This document shows, one piece after another, positions 26,181 through 39,517 of a DNA stretch of 64,000 nt. The stretch is taken from NCBI RefSeq assembly GCF_902713615.1, contig NC_052172.1, positions 18,137,327-18,201,326 on the forward strand, written 5' to 3'. Below the pieces are notes generated by a model that was not told the DNA's origin, searched no databases, and saw nothing but the letters and a program-made list of their open reading frames with translations. The stretch's first letter is position 1; each line of letters starts with the position of its first letter. The stretch is from Scyliorhinus canicula (taxonomy: Eukaryota). The position numbers and the translations under genes are program-made.

Positions 26181-28030
26181 TGTTAGGAAAGCAAAGGTGG
26201 TTTTACGGGATTGATATTTGTATCGGTAAACATTAGAAATATGCTGTAGTTTTAAGTGGGTTTAATTTAATGTTTCTGTGCCTGGTAGGGTAAACCTATT
26301 GTTAGATTCATGCTGGGCAAATGTTTTTGTAGGTGTAGGGGTTGGTTTCAATTCCAACTGTGATTCTATTGTGCTTAGAGAGGGTTACAGTATGAAGAAT
26401 AAATATAACTGGTAAGGGTTGATTAGTGTAATATCCCGCACATGCTCGACTTTCCCATGCTCCTGGGGAGTATGAGCTTTCCGCTAGGGGCAGGGTATCT
26501 CAATCAACCCATTTATATAAGGTCGGCCAGGAAGGCACCGATAGAGCAGGAACCCAGCAGGGATCTACTGGTATTTTCAATTTGTGTAAATAAAACTTTG
26601 TTTCTTGTTTTGCTTGGTGTGGACTCCACATGTCCTTATTGAAATGAGCAACTGGAGGCCCTTGTAAGGATAAAAAATATCTTTTACGTTTTAGTTTTAG
26701 CTGAATTTGTTGTCAGTTGGAGACAGGACACCAGGGAGTGAAACTTTCTCAATTCTGCCAGAAAAAGTTGTTTAGGACGACTGGAGTTGAGTGAACAGTG
26801 ATCACGGTATTTAGCTGAAGAATTCAAGGAAGAGTAAACAAAGTGTTCTGAGTTAAAGAGACAATTGCAGTAACCCACAAGTCCCCAAAGACATGCATTT
26901 AGGTAATTTGGACATTCTGAATTCTCTCTCCATGTACCCGAACAGGCGCCGGAATGTGGTGAGTAGGGGCTTTTCACAGTAACTTAATTGCAGTGTTAAT
27001 GTAAGCCTACTTGTGACAATAAAGATTATTATTATTATTTAATGTGGGACGGCAGACTTCAAAGGTCAATCAAAAGTCTGATGCCATTTTAATAGTCTGG
27101 GAATCATGGGGTTAAACCACTTTTGAACAATTTATACAGCAGCCAAGTTAAAGAGGTTGGTGTAATATCCTGGACTGAACTCACTGTTAAAAATGGAGCA
27201 GAAGTCTTGTTTAAAAAGGTTATTTGGAAAATCTGGACTGGATTTCAGAATGCATTATTGTGAATGATGATTTTGAAGCATGTTTTTGAGAGTGGATTTT
27301 GGACACTCTCATGTAACAATCACCTGGGTGGTTTCCGAGGAGAAAACCACAGACACTAATTTGGGTTCAGAACGGAGTGTGTGCATTTGACCACAGCCAA
27401 TCTTTGTGCTTGAAAAGGATTTTGTGTTAATGAGACCATAGTAACTTAAGTAGTACTTTGTAATCCATGTTGGTTTTAAAATCGGTGTGCATTTGTTCAG
27501 TTAAAAGGGGAGCAAAGGAGTATTGTATAATAATCCAGGTTTCCATGTTAATAAACTTTCTTTTCTTGTTGGCACAGTGGCGAATGGTGCTGCCTCACAA
27601 CGCCAGGGACTCGGGTTCAATTCCGGCTCGGGTGACTGTCTGTGTGGAGTTTGCACTTTCTCCCCGTGTCTGGGTGGGTTTTCTCCGGGTGCCCCAGTTT
27701 CTTCCCACAGTCCAAGGATGTGCAGTTGAGGTGGATTGGCCGTGATAAATTGCCCCTTAGTGTCCAAAAATGTGCAGGTTAGGCGGGGTTCAGAGGTTAC
27801 GGAGAGAGGGTGGGGGAGTGGGGCTAGATAGGGTGCTCTTTCAGTGGGTGGGTGCAGACCCGATGGGCCAAATGACCTCCTGCTGCACTGTAGGGATTCT
27901 ATGGGATTGGTGATCCTGCGGCTCTCTCCCTCCACATTTTAGAAAAGAATGCAAAAGTTATGGTCTTTTGAGCCAAGGTTCTATTCTGAGATCGTTCCGT
28001 CCAGTTACAACATCAACTGGGGTTGTAACA
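26181..28030 (+). mobile_element. Long ERV-like solo LTR with nested insertions (LTR-like segment ~26300-26640; SINEs ~26875-27040 and ~27570-27903)
   Basis: TGTTA...TGTAACA termini, AATAAA at ~27550, 4-bp TSD TAGG/CAGG; splits a CR1 fragment (GAAATGAAAGGTAGG | CAGGGACATTATACTAAACCTG). Confidence 0.7.
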
Positions 28031-28064
28031 CAGGGACATTATACTAAACCTGTATAGTTGGCCA

Positions 28065-28312
28065 TGTCAGATGTGTTAGATGCTGTGGTATGAAGAGGCA
28101 AGAGTTCAGCTCCTTTCTCACCAACACACCTTTAATGGTTCAAACTCACTCTGCACAGAACTCTACAGATCATCACAAGCTCCGGTGTCCACCTGAAGCC
28201 CCTTTACATATCAGTGTCAATCATTGAACACTTAACATAAATGAGACAATCATTGAACACTTAACATAAATGAGACAACTAATTGCAATGTCTCTTAACC
28301 CATTACTGAACA
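28065..28312 (-). mobile_element. Solo LTR (248 bp)
   Basis: TGTCAG...CTGAACA, exact 5-bp TSD GGCCA (28060-28064 / 28313-28317); internal ~29-bp tandem duplication CAATCATTGAACACTTAACATAAATGAGA. Confidence 0.8.
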
Positions 28313-29599
28313 GGCCACACTGAGAGGACTGCGAGGAGATTTGGTCACTATGTTGTTTAAAGAGTATATGGGCACAGGAGGGGGTTCAGGGAAGATTTAC
28401 AAGGACGACACCAGAGATGTGTGGGTGTATTTATCAGAAAGTGGCTGACAGGCTGCCTTTCTCTTCTTGTGATTATAAGAAGGCTGAGGGGTGACCTTAT
28501 CGAGGTCTTAAAAATTAGGAAAGAATTTTTAAAATATGAATATAAAGTGGCCAAATCTTTTTTTAATCCAATATGGGACATTTTGGCGTGGCCAATCCAC
28601 CTACCCTGCACATCTTTGGGTTGTGGGGGCGAAACCCACGCAGACACGGGGAGAATGTGCAAACTCCACACGGACAATGACCCAGGGCCGTGATCGAACC
28701 CGGGTCCTCGGTGCCGTAAGGCAGCAGTGCTAACCACTGCACCCCGTGCTGCCACTGAAACAATAATTGGTTGTCGTAAAAACTCATCTGAATCACCAAT
28801 ATCCTTAAAAAAATTTGTGTTTAAAAAATTTTTAGATTACCCCATTCATTTTTTCCAATTAAGGGGCAATTTAACGTGGCCAATCCACCTACCCTGCACA
28901 TCTTTGGGTTGCGGGGGCGAAACCCACGCAAGCACGAGGAGAATGTGCAAACTCCACACGGACAGTGACCCAGAGCCAGGATCAAACCTGGGACCTCGGC
29001 GCCATGATGCAGCAGGGCTAACCCACTGGGACACCGTGCTGCCTAATATCCTTCAAAATTTTATATCCTTACCCGGTCTGGCCTACATGTGACTCCAGAC
29101 GCGCAGCAAATGTGGTTGACTCTTAACTTCCCCCTCTGAAATGGCCGAGCGAGACACTCAGTTCAAGCAAAATTAGGAATGGCCGTGATGAACAAACCTC
29201 TTTTCCAGAGAATGTGGACCTCACTATCACAGGGAAAACTAGACAAGGGTTCGAGGGAGAAGGGAATTCGAGGGTGACGATGATAGATTGGATGAGGAAA
29301 GATGGGAGGAGGTTCGAGGATGAACAGCAGCCTGCACAGGTTGGGCTAAATGACCTGTTTGGATGCTGCGAATGCTCTGTAAGATGCTTTGATTTGTGAC
29401 TAGGCTCAGGGCTGAGGTTAGCCTCAGCTAACCTGCCGAAGGCTGCCTACCCATGCAACTGAAAAAAACAAACAGGAAATTGACTGGTTCCTTGCTGCTC
29501 TTTCCCGCACACTGAACCAGCAAACCTTTGTGACTTTCTCTAGTTATGGAGTGTAGGCGTAGACAGTGCAAGGGGGAAGACAAAAAAAAAACTTCTTCA

Positions 29600-29950
29600 C
29601 CAAAGTTTAAAACAATCCACCGTGAATCTGCAGTTGGAAATTCTTGAAGACTGCGAAACCCCTCCGCGGTGCCATTTTTGTTTTTTCCGTTTTATTTATA
29701 ACCTGCTGGTGGTGGTGGGCCAGAGAGGAGTTGGAAAAAAAAAGAGACTGATTTGAGAAATGACAAGATGAGTCAATGGAACATGTCAACAGCGAAACTT
29801 CTCGGCCTAGTTTGGCCCAGGGCCAACCTGGTTGCTGTGGTAACGACCCAACGTGACACATATCTTCCAGGGTCCATACCTGACCACACACACACACACA
29901 CAAACAAACCTCTGTGCTGATTGCTCCAACAAACCACACAGCCTACCCAC
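29600..29950. promoter_or_regulatory. Candidate enhancer/alternative promoter
   Basis: Repeat-free; X-box-like GTTGCTGTGGTAAC at 29831-29844, AP-1 TGAGTCA at 29769-29775, TATAAATA on minus at 29700-29693, YY1-like AAAATGGC. Confidence 0.35.
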
Positions 29951-32504
29951 GCCTTTAATGTTTGTTTTTAACCGCGTGAGCGAGGGATTCCAATATCACA
30001 AATGGGAAATTGTGTAAAAATAAACAACGGCTTCTCTTGTCACATTCCAGTGGCTTCTCACCTTGACTGGAATCTTGAGCTGCAGTCGGCAGCGGGAAAC
30101 GAGGCGGGCGGGCAGGCCCAGTTAACCGTGCAGGAGGCGGGATGTCTGCTTCCCAACAGCGGGATGAAAGTAAGGGATTATATGGCGGATTGGAGAAAGA
30201 TCGAGCTTCCCGACAGCAATTTGGCGGGATTTGATTTTAACGGCGTTAGAACCTCATGCACGCGCATTCATCAAAACTCCATTTCACCAGGTTAAATGGT
30301 AGCAATTGACCCAGCAGTAAATGAGGAAAATGTGTCGCCAGATGCATGACCGGTTCAAGGTGTCACGCAGCAGGCGAGGTAGTCTCCCTGGGTTGGATTG
30401 AGTCGGAGACGTTTTTCTTTCATGAGCAGCTGTGTTGGACCACGGGGGGGGGAGGCGATGCTGATGCGCTGAGACTAGGCGACGACGTGGCAGGGAAATC
30501 GAGACATCATGGAATCGTCACAGCGCAAAAGGAGGCCATTCAGCCCATTGTGTCTGCACCGGCTTTCCGCAAGGGTAATCCGCTCAGTGCCTCTCCCCCC
30601 CACTCTTCTCGTAACCCTGAATATTCTTCCTTTTCCTGACTCCCCTTTGAGAGCTTCGAGTGGACCAGCCCCCACCGCACTCTCAGGCACCGCATTCCTG
30701 ACTCTTTTTTTTCTTATATAAATTCAGTATACCCAATTAATTTTTTCCAATTAAGGGGCAATTTAGCATGGCCTACCCTGCACATCTTTGGGTTGGGGGG
30801 GTGAGACCCACGCAAACACGGGGAGAGTGTGCAAACTCCACACGGACAGTGACTCAGAGCTGGGATCGAACCTGGGACCTCAGCGCTGCAGGGCTAACCC
30901 ACTGCGCTACTCTGCTGCCACTGCATTCCAGACTCTGACCACTCCCTGCGTCAAAATAAATTCTTGTATCGGGAGGCGGATTTTCCGTGCCGCTGTGTTT
31001 CTCACTGGCGTGAGCCGGCGACGTGATCTTCCAGTGCCGCCACGGTCAATGGGCTTTCTTATTGAATCCAACCCCCACCCCCAGCCAGCTGGAACGGCTG
31101 GAAAATCCCACCTGTCGTTTTCTCCTGAATCCCCCCCCCCCTTCTCGATCCCTTCGCAAGTGGGAGCAGTTTCTCCCTGTCGACTCTGTCCAGACCTCTC
31201 AGGATTGTGAACGCCCCTATTAGAAATCTAGGAAATGGGTTTGACGCTGGCTGTGTGGGAGGCCAAGGGGCCCCCTGTTAGAGGAGAAGGGTAAAGTCAA
31301 AGCACAATTTACCCCAGTGCGCGCACGCACTTCCGGCCGGTGCGGAATGCCGCAAATTCCCCAGATCTGGCCACGGATGCTGCCAGACCTGCTGAGTTTT
31401 TCCAGCCTTTTCTGTTTTATTTCAGATTTCCAGCAGCTGCGGTATTTTGTTTTAAAAAAAAAATCAATTTCAGAAATTTAGGCTAACAATTACATCTAAG
31501 GACATAGATCAGACAGTGCAGAAGGAGGCCATTCGGCCCATCGAGTCTGCACTAATCCATTTAAGCCCTCACTTCCACCCTGTTCCCATAACCCAATAAC
31601 CCCTCCAAACCTTTTTTTGGTCACTAAGGACAATTTAGCATGGCCAATCCACCTAACTTGCACGTCTTTGGACTGTGGGAGGAAACCGGAGCACCTGGAG
31701 GAAACCCACGCAGACACAGAGAGAACGTGCAAACACCACACAGACAGTGACCCAGCGGGGAATCGAACCCGGGACCCTGGAGCTGTGAAGCCACAGTGCT
31801 AATCACTTGTGCTACCGTGCTGCCCAGTTTAGTGCCATTTGTCGGAGACAGTTGTAAAATTCCCAGTCGCCTAAGACGCAAAGCTCTGGAACTCCCTGCC
31901 TGGAACTCTCTGCTTCTCTCTAATCCTTTAAGATGCTCCTTCAAATCAAAATCTTGGTCTAAAGTATTGTTTACTGCTCCTGATCTCTCAACCTTCGGCT
32001 CCCGTCTCTGCCGTGCATTTTGGGAACGTCCTTTTATTTACTTTTCCCAATCAAGGGGTAATTTAGCCTGGCCGATCCACCAACCCTGCACATCTTTTTG
32101 GGTTGTGGGGGTGAGACCCACGCAGACACGGGGAGAATGTGCAAACTCCACACAGACAGTGACCCAGAGCTGGGATCGAACCCGTGTCTTCGGCGCCATG
32201 AGTCAGCAGTGCTAACCACTGCACCACCGTGCTGCCCTGGGATCGTCCTTTTATGTTAAAGTTGCTTAGAGGCAAAGCTCGAGGCAAATTAATAATAATA
32301 ATAATAATAATAATAATCTATTATTGTCACAAGTAGGCTTACATTAACACTGCAATGAAGTTACTGTGAAAAGCCCCTAGTCGCCACATTCCGGCGCCTG
32401 TTCGGGTACACAGAGGGAGAATTCAGAATGTCCAATTCACCTAACAAGCACGTCTTTCGGGTCTTGTGGGAGGAAACCGGAGCACCCGGAGGAAACCCAT
32501 GCAG

Positions 32505-32790
32505 ACATAGAACATTGAACGATACAGCGCAGTACAGGCCCTTCGGCCCACAATGTTGCGCCGACATGGGAAGTCAAAAACTAAAGGCCATCTAACCTAC
32601 ACTATGCCATTATCATCCATATGCTTATCCAATAAACTTTTAAATGCCCTCAACGTTGGCGAGTTCACTACTGTTGCAGGTAGGGCATTCCACGGCCTCA
32701 CCACTCTTTGCGTAAAAAACCTACCTCTGACGTTTGTCCTATATCTATTACCCCTCAATTTAAGGCTATGTCCCCTCGTGCTAGCCACCT
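32505..32790 (-). mobile_element. CR1 LINE 3' end inserted in a SINE
   Basis: STRGHSLKLRGNRYRTNVRGRFFTQRVVRPWNALP; tail similar to 8741-8806. Confidence 0.9.
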
Positions 32791-32999
32791 TGTGCTAGAC
32801 ACGGGGAGAACGTGCCGACTCCGCACAGACAGTGACCCAAGCCGGGAATCGAACCTGGGACCCTGGCGCTGTGAGGCAACAGTGCTAACCATGGTGCTAC
32901 TGTTCTGCCCGGTAGCATTAGATGCAACAGGCAGCAAACCATACAATCAGCAACAACAATGATCATTTGTATAGCACCTTTAACACTGTACAACACCCC

Positions 33000-33300
33000 C
33001 AAGTGTTATCAAACAAAATTTGCTACCCGACTTCTCAAGGAGATATTAGGATAAAAGTATGGTCAAGAGGTAGGTTTTAAGGAGTGTCTTATTAAAGGAG
33101 CAGGGAGGGGTGGAATGGTTTAGGGAGGGAACTCCAGAGCTTAGGCCCCAGGCAGCTGAAGGCACGGACACCAACCGTGCAGCGATTTAAATTGGGGAAA
33201 TGCAAGAGGTGATGAATTGAAGGAATGCAGAGATCTCAGCGTGTAGTAGGGCTGGAGGGATTCAAACACAAAGGTGAGAGTTACAAAATTGAGGTGATGG
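33000..33300 (-). mobile_element. L2 LINE 3' fragment (another at ~22370-22660 +)
   Basis: Minus strand ..LQPYYTLRSLHSFNS.. and GCCTTCAGCTGCCTGGGGCCTAAGCTCTGGAGTTCCCTCCCTAAACC. Confidence 0.65.
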
Positions 33301-34596
33301 TCGAGGCAGTGAAGATCACTTTGTTTCCCAGCAAGGCCGTTTGAGAATTTGAATTCACCTATCAGAGCACTGAGAGGTGGCAATACCTGTTGACCTCGCC
33401 AATGATATTCTGAAACCCAATAATAGTCGAAAGAAAATAAAACTTTGCTCTAAATTGGAGTTGAACTCTGGCTGGACCCAGTCCTGGAGATTACACCACA
33501 TGACCTCTTGACCTGCCACCCCCCACGCTCCCTCTATTGGCCATTCATTGTTACAATGCTCTGCCTTCCTGCACCATTGAGAAAGGGGTCAGGCTCTTAA
33601 ATATCTGATTGAATGATGGTTATCAGTCAGACTGCCTTTCGTTTATCCCACCTCTGGCAGAACCAATAAATGGGAGGGTTCAAATAAAATATTATTTTCA
33701 TGCCCACTGTTAGCTGTCCTCCTAGATTTCTGCTCATGGGGGCTGCCTTTCAGATAGGATGTTAGGTCGAGGCTTTGTCGGGTGAACAGAAAGATCCCTT
33801 GGCCACTACTCGAAGAACACGGCAGTTGTCCCCGGTGTCCTGGGCCAATGTATATCCCACATCACTAAAAGCCCAGGTGAGACCCGGTCCCACATCGCGG
33901 TTTGTGGGATCTTGCTGTGCGCAGATTGGCAGCCTCCTTTCCTGTATTACAGCTGTGCACTCTGCTGCAAAAGTAAAGTGCTTTGGGATGTAGTGAAAGG
34001 CGCTATATAAATGCGAGGCCTTTCTTTCAATTCTAATGGGCACACAGGCAAGAAGTTCATTACATTAAAAGAAATGAGAATGTTTGAGATGTCAGACACT
34101 GAACTGGGGAAAGCCCAAGCTGTAGGAGAGAGGAGAGCTGACATTTCAGTTCCCCGTCTCAGTCCTTATGACTAAACGGTATATGTGGCCTCCAGATCGC
34201 TACAGGGGATTGTCACCAACTGACTGAAGTGGTGCCCAAACTGCAGCGTGTGGGCTACCCCTGACTACTGGCGCCCCAGCCCTCTAAGCCCAGGAAACCC
34301 AGGCATATTTTCTCTCCGTTAACCAGTGAATACTCTTCAAAAGTGTTCAACTGGCCACAGAACGCCAGGGGACATTAGAACAGGAGGAGGCCATTGAGTT
34401 CCTCCAGCCTGTTCCACCATCCTCTCTCGTCCCATATCCCCGTCGTACTTCACAGAACACTTAGTGGAACCCCTACAGCGCAGAAGGACCCCAATCGGCC
34501 CACCGGGTCTGCACCGACCCTCTGAAAGAGCACACCCTGTCGGCCCTCTTGCCCGCCCTATCCTCCCGCCAACAAATTCCAACAATTTCAGCTTTA

Positions 34597-34719
34597 GGCC
34601 GGGATTCTGCCACCTCGCCTGTTGCAAGTGAGAACAGAGAATTCGGCATGCCAGCCAGCCAAAACACCTTTCACCCTCGGCAGGACCCCAGACGCGAGCA
34701 AGGTCGGAGAATCCCGGCC
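34597..34719. mobile_element. PIF/Harbinger-type MITE (123 bp)
   Basis: Perfect 12-bp TIR GGCCGGGATTCT/AGAATCCCGGCC with 3-bp TSD TTA on both sides. Confidence 0.85.
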
Positions 34720-35249
34720 TTAAAAGTTTTAAAATGAACGATTAACGGGGCATCAATTTCCATTTGAGGAAGAGAATTCCAAACTCCCACCACCCTTTTT
34801 TGTGGAAAAGTGTTTCCTAATTTCACCCTTGACAGGCCAGGCTATACTTTTGAGACTCTGCCCCTTAGTCGCAGACTCCTCGAGCAGCGGGAAAAGCTTC
34901 CTTCTCTTTGCCCTATCTGTCCCCCTAGATATCTTGAAAGCTTCAATCAAATCACCCCTTTAAATGCCAGGGAATACAGCACTAGCTCGTCTAATCTCTC
35001 CTTCTGACAGCCCGCCGCCGAGGAACACGCGACTGGGGAGGCGGAGAATTCACCCCTTGGAGCCCGGATCTCATTCTGGTAAATCTACACTGTACTCGCT
35101 CCGATGCCAATACCTACGTCCCCAGGTACAGTGTCCTGAAATGCTCACAGCCACTCCAGGGCTTTGTTCAGTCAAAGCGCTGGAACAGCCTGAGATTACA
35201 AAAGTTGCTATATAAATACAAGTTCTCTCTTTACTTTCTGTCTGGCAGG

Positions 35250-35653
35250 TGTCATAATATACACACAAGTATATGATGGTGCATAGACACACACTGACTG
35301 ACACACTGAATGACCAATCAACACACAGAACACAGCAGCCAATCACCAGACAGGGCACGGTCACTATAAAGCCAGAGGGCACTCGTTTTCCCGCTCATTC
35401 GGGATGCAGCCTCTGAGACAGCCAGAGCCCGTAATCTGTAGTACGATCATCTACCATGTGCTGGCAGTATAGTTTGGTCAGGTTAGCCATAAGTCTTCAG
35501 TCAACCTAACATAGTGTCGACCCACAGTGCAAGTATGTTTAACAGCTCATAGTTAAATAAAATAGAGTTGTACTTCTACAAGTGTTGGTAGCCTGTCTCT
35601 TCTACTGCTCTGGTAAACGCAGTCATCACAGACACAGCATACCCAACACATCA
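35250..35653 (+). mobile_element. Solo LTR (404 bp) with intact-looking promoter and poly(A) signal
   Basis: TGTCA...CATCA, exact 5-bp TSD GCAGG; CCAAT twice (~35314, ~35339), TATAAA at ~35365, AATAAA at ~35556. Confidence 0.9.
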
Positions 35654-35700
35654 GCAGGGAATGCCAGGATTTTGACCCAGCGGCAATGAAGGAAGCGGAA

Positions 35701-35927
35701 GGGCAGCACGGTGGCACAGTGGTTAGCATTGCTGCCTACGGCGCTGAGGACCTGGGTTCGAATCCCGGCCCTGGGTCACTGTCTGTGAGGAGTTTGCACA
35801 TTCTCCCCGTGTCTGCGTGGGTTTCGCCCCCACAACCCAAAGATGTGCAGGTTAGGTGGATTGGCCACGTTAAATTGCCCCTTAATTGGAAAAAATAATT
35901 GGGTACACTAAATTTATAAAAAAAAAA
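35701..35927 (+). mobile_element. Poly(A) SINE
   Basis: TSD AATGAAGGAAGCGGA on both sides; poly(A) tail. Confidence 0.9.
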
Positions 35928-38094
35928 TGAAGGAAGCGGATGGGTACAGGTCCCAAGTGTGGGCGACTTGGGAGGGAACTTGCAGGTGACGGTGTTCCCA
36001 ACACCCCTGTTGCTCTTGTCCTTCACTGCGGTGAGGGATACGGGTTTGGAGGGGGTGGGTGGAGGGGTTGGTGTGAATGAGGGATATCATGGATTTAGCT
36101 TGTCTTCTCGGAAGAATGAGAACATGAGGGTTGGGCCTTCTTGCTTATGTGAAGTGAGATCCGCTTATGAACAAATAGACAATGCAGGACACTTCTATGA
36201 AACTGGACTGGATCCTTCACGTCAGGACATCTCAAAGTGCTTTACAGCCATCGAGCTACTTTTGAAATGAGGCAATTTGTGTGCCGCAAGCTCCCACAAA
36301 CAGAAATACATGGTAGTTCAGTGATTATCACAGTTGCTTCACAGCTCCAGAGTCCTTGGTTCGATTCCTGGCTTGGGTCACTGTGTGTGCGGAATTTCCA
36401 CATTCTTCCCGTGTCTGCGTGGGTTTCCTCCGGGTGCTCCGGTTTCCTCCCACAAGTCCCGAAAGACGTGCTTGCTAGGTGAATTGGACATTCTGAATTC
36501 TCCCTCTGTGTGCCTGAACAGGCGCCGGAATGTGGCGACTAGGGGCTTTTCACAGTAACTTCATTGCAGTGTTAATGTAAGCCTACTCGTGACACTAATA
36601 AAGATTATTAATGAAACAAAAGAACTACAAATTAAACAAAAATCAGAGGGGGGGGGGGGGGGTGACCGGAAACCCTTGGTGGGTCTTTGCAACTGAGAGA
36701 GAACAATAATAAAGATTATTATAATGGCCAGATAGCATTTATTTGCAATGCCGATTGAAGGGTAGATTTTGATCAGAGACCCAAGGGCTGGGGGTGTGGG
36801 GGGGTTCCCCACTCTTCTTTGCAATGCTGCCGTGTGGATCTGAGACAGCAGGCACCTGAACCTGATTGCTGACAGCTTCAACGGTGCAGCCTTCCCTCAG
36901 TACTGGCTCTGGGAGTCTCTGCCTGGACCAGGACATGAACCCGCAGCCGTCTGACTGTGGGGCAAAACTAAAGCTTTGATGACCTTCCCGCCAGAAATCC
37001 TGCTTCAGGGTTTTGAACGCAACCGAATGGTGCTGGCAGGTCTAATGAAGAGTCTTTGTTTCCTTGCGAGACAAAGGGCGCTGTGATGTGACGGAGCGGA
37101 CGAGAGGTTGTACTTCACCCAGAGTCATCCCACGGCGTGTGTGGTCTCTCGTTTATGCTGCACATTAGGAACCAGCGTTACCCTCGTGTATTCATCGCAA
37201 ATGTTGTTTGAAACACTTCATGAGTCACAGCTGCATGACCAGCCCTGTTCCCCCCCTCCCCCACCGCCTTCCCGCCCCATCGCTTCTGAATAACTGATTC
37301 ATCTTTTGCTTATTCACGAGTGATAATCTCATGGTGGCTGAGGGGGCAGGCTTGTCATCTGAAGACACGAACCAAAAGTCCCATCAGAGCGAGGCAACCC
37401 AGTCACTGAATCAGACACAAGATCTGCCTCCGTCTGGACTTTCCCACACACCCCCTCGCCCCCAACACCATCCTCGTTGGCTAAACTTTTACAGGCGGTG
37501 GATGCCCCACCTAGACCATTATGCCCATGTTTACGCAACATCTGACCTAAGGAACGGCACGGTGGTTAGCACTACTGCCTCACAGCACCAGGGGCCTGTG
37601 TTCGATTCCGACCTCGGGTGAATGTCTGAGTGGAATTTGCATGTTCCCGTGTCTGTGCGAGATTCCTCCGGGTGCTCCGGTTTCCTCCCACAACCCAAAG
37701 ATGTGCAGGTTAGGTGGATTGGCCATGCTAAATTGCCTCTTAGTGTCCAAAGATATGGAGTGAAGGTGGGGTTACGGGATACAGAGGGGGAGTGAGCCTA
37801 GGTAGGGTGCTCTTTCAGAGGTCCGGTGCACTCAATGGGCCGAATGGCATAGGGATTCTATAGATAGGCAACATCATTGCACTCCCCTCCTGGACAGGAG
37901 TCACTGGATGACTCTTCTTTATTATGGAGACACAAAAGGCTTAATACCTGTGTCCCTTTTTTTTAAACACAGCAGCATGGGCAATGAATTTAGAAGCATT
38001 GAAGCTGGAGGCCATTTAGCCCCTTGAGCATGTTCCAGCCACTCCCCAGTTCCACAGCATGCTGAGAAGCAACAGGAATCCCCCCCCACCCCCT

Positions 38095-38495
38095 TAACCT
38101 GAGAGACCTACAGACAATTGTGGTCTCCCCCACATGGCCACCATGCTGCTCAGCATCTCCCATTGAAAACAGTTGGCTATCTTACCTTTTGCTGCTATTA
38201 GCACTCTCCGTCCCTTAATGGCACCATTAACACTTCCCTTTGTCTGCCTGTCAATGACAAATTTGTCAATCTCTCCTTCGCCCCGACTTATCCCTGTTGT
38301 TCTATTCTGCCTCATCCGCCCCCTTTCCAACTATATAATCCTTTACATTTTACCTTTCTTCAGTTCTGAAGAGGGGCCACTTACTCAAAATCTTAACTCT
38401 GTTTCTCTCCGCAGATGCTGCCAGACCTGCCGGGTTTATCCAGCATTTTCTGTCTTTATTTCAGATTTCTAGCATCCACAGTATTTTGCTTTTAT
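38095..38495 (+). mobile_element. Penelope-like terminal repeat (second family; shorter pieces at ~5400-5730, 9285-9395, 31370-31450, 54390-54820)
   Basis: TTCTGAAGAGGGG...TTAACTCTGTTTCTCTCCGCAGATGCTGCCAGACCTGC...CAGTATTTTGCTTTT recurs in this window. Confidence 0.55.
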
Positions 38496-39517
38496 TAGAC
38501 AATCGTGGTGCCCTCTGCAAGCACCACTGTAGTGTACTGAAAATTGCATTGTGCATTTTGTCCATTTGAGGCATCCATATATATATATGTGTACCAGCAG
38601 AGGGAGTCTGTTAGGAAGAGATACTAAAAGATCTGTGGGTTTTTTTTTCATATAAGTTTAGAGTAGCCCATTACTTGTTTTCCAATTAAGGGGTAATTTT
38701 CCATGGCCAATCCATCTAACCTGCCCATCGAAACCCACACAATAAATGGGGAGAATGTGCAAACTCCACATTGACAGTGACCCAGGGCCGGGATTCGAAC
38801 CCAGGTCCTCAGCGCCGCAGTCCCTGTGCTATCCACTGCACCACCCTAAGATCTGCGTTTAACAGCTCGTGCAGTTTGAATTCCAAATGAATCCATAGCT
38901 GAACATGTAACTGTTTCTGTTGCAGGAATTTCACAATTAACACACTGGTTGAGATCAGTTCACTGCTTGGGGGACTAGAACCTGGGGCATCCTTTGTCTG
39001 TCTAAGTGGGAGATGGAGGTTCTATCTCCAATCCATAATGATTTTAAGATAGATGTCACGAAGCATGCTGATGTTATTTGTGAGGGTACCCCAACTTGGA
39101 ACATTGGTTTGTGGGGGTGTATAGTTTTGTTTCGATGTGAGGAGACAAGTGATTCCCCAGTGAGAATAAAGAGCCCTATCGTCGGATACCAATTATTAAA
39201 GACTATTTATTAAAGTAAAGACAAGACAAATACACACAAATCGGATTACTCTACCCCCACACAATTTAAGATGTATGAATTATTAAACACACAACAGTTT
39301 CTATAGAACATACCCCACGTTACACAATGTATCTATGATACATGAACTCTGTAAAACTTGCCCCGCTCCCTAAACAACGTTCAAATTGAATATCCAGCTA
39401 TAGTTATCACACAAAACAGGGATGATAGTCAACCTGGGAACCGTCTTTTTCCTGGTCCAGCGAAGATATTTTAAAACGGCTGTTACGAAGGTTTTCTGCA
39501 CTGCCTTACCTCTAAGA

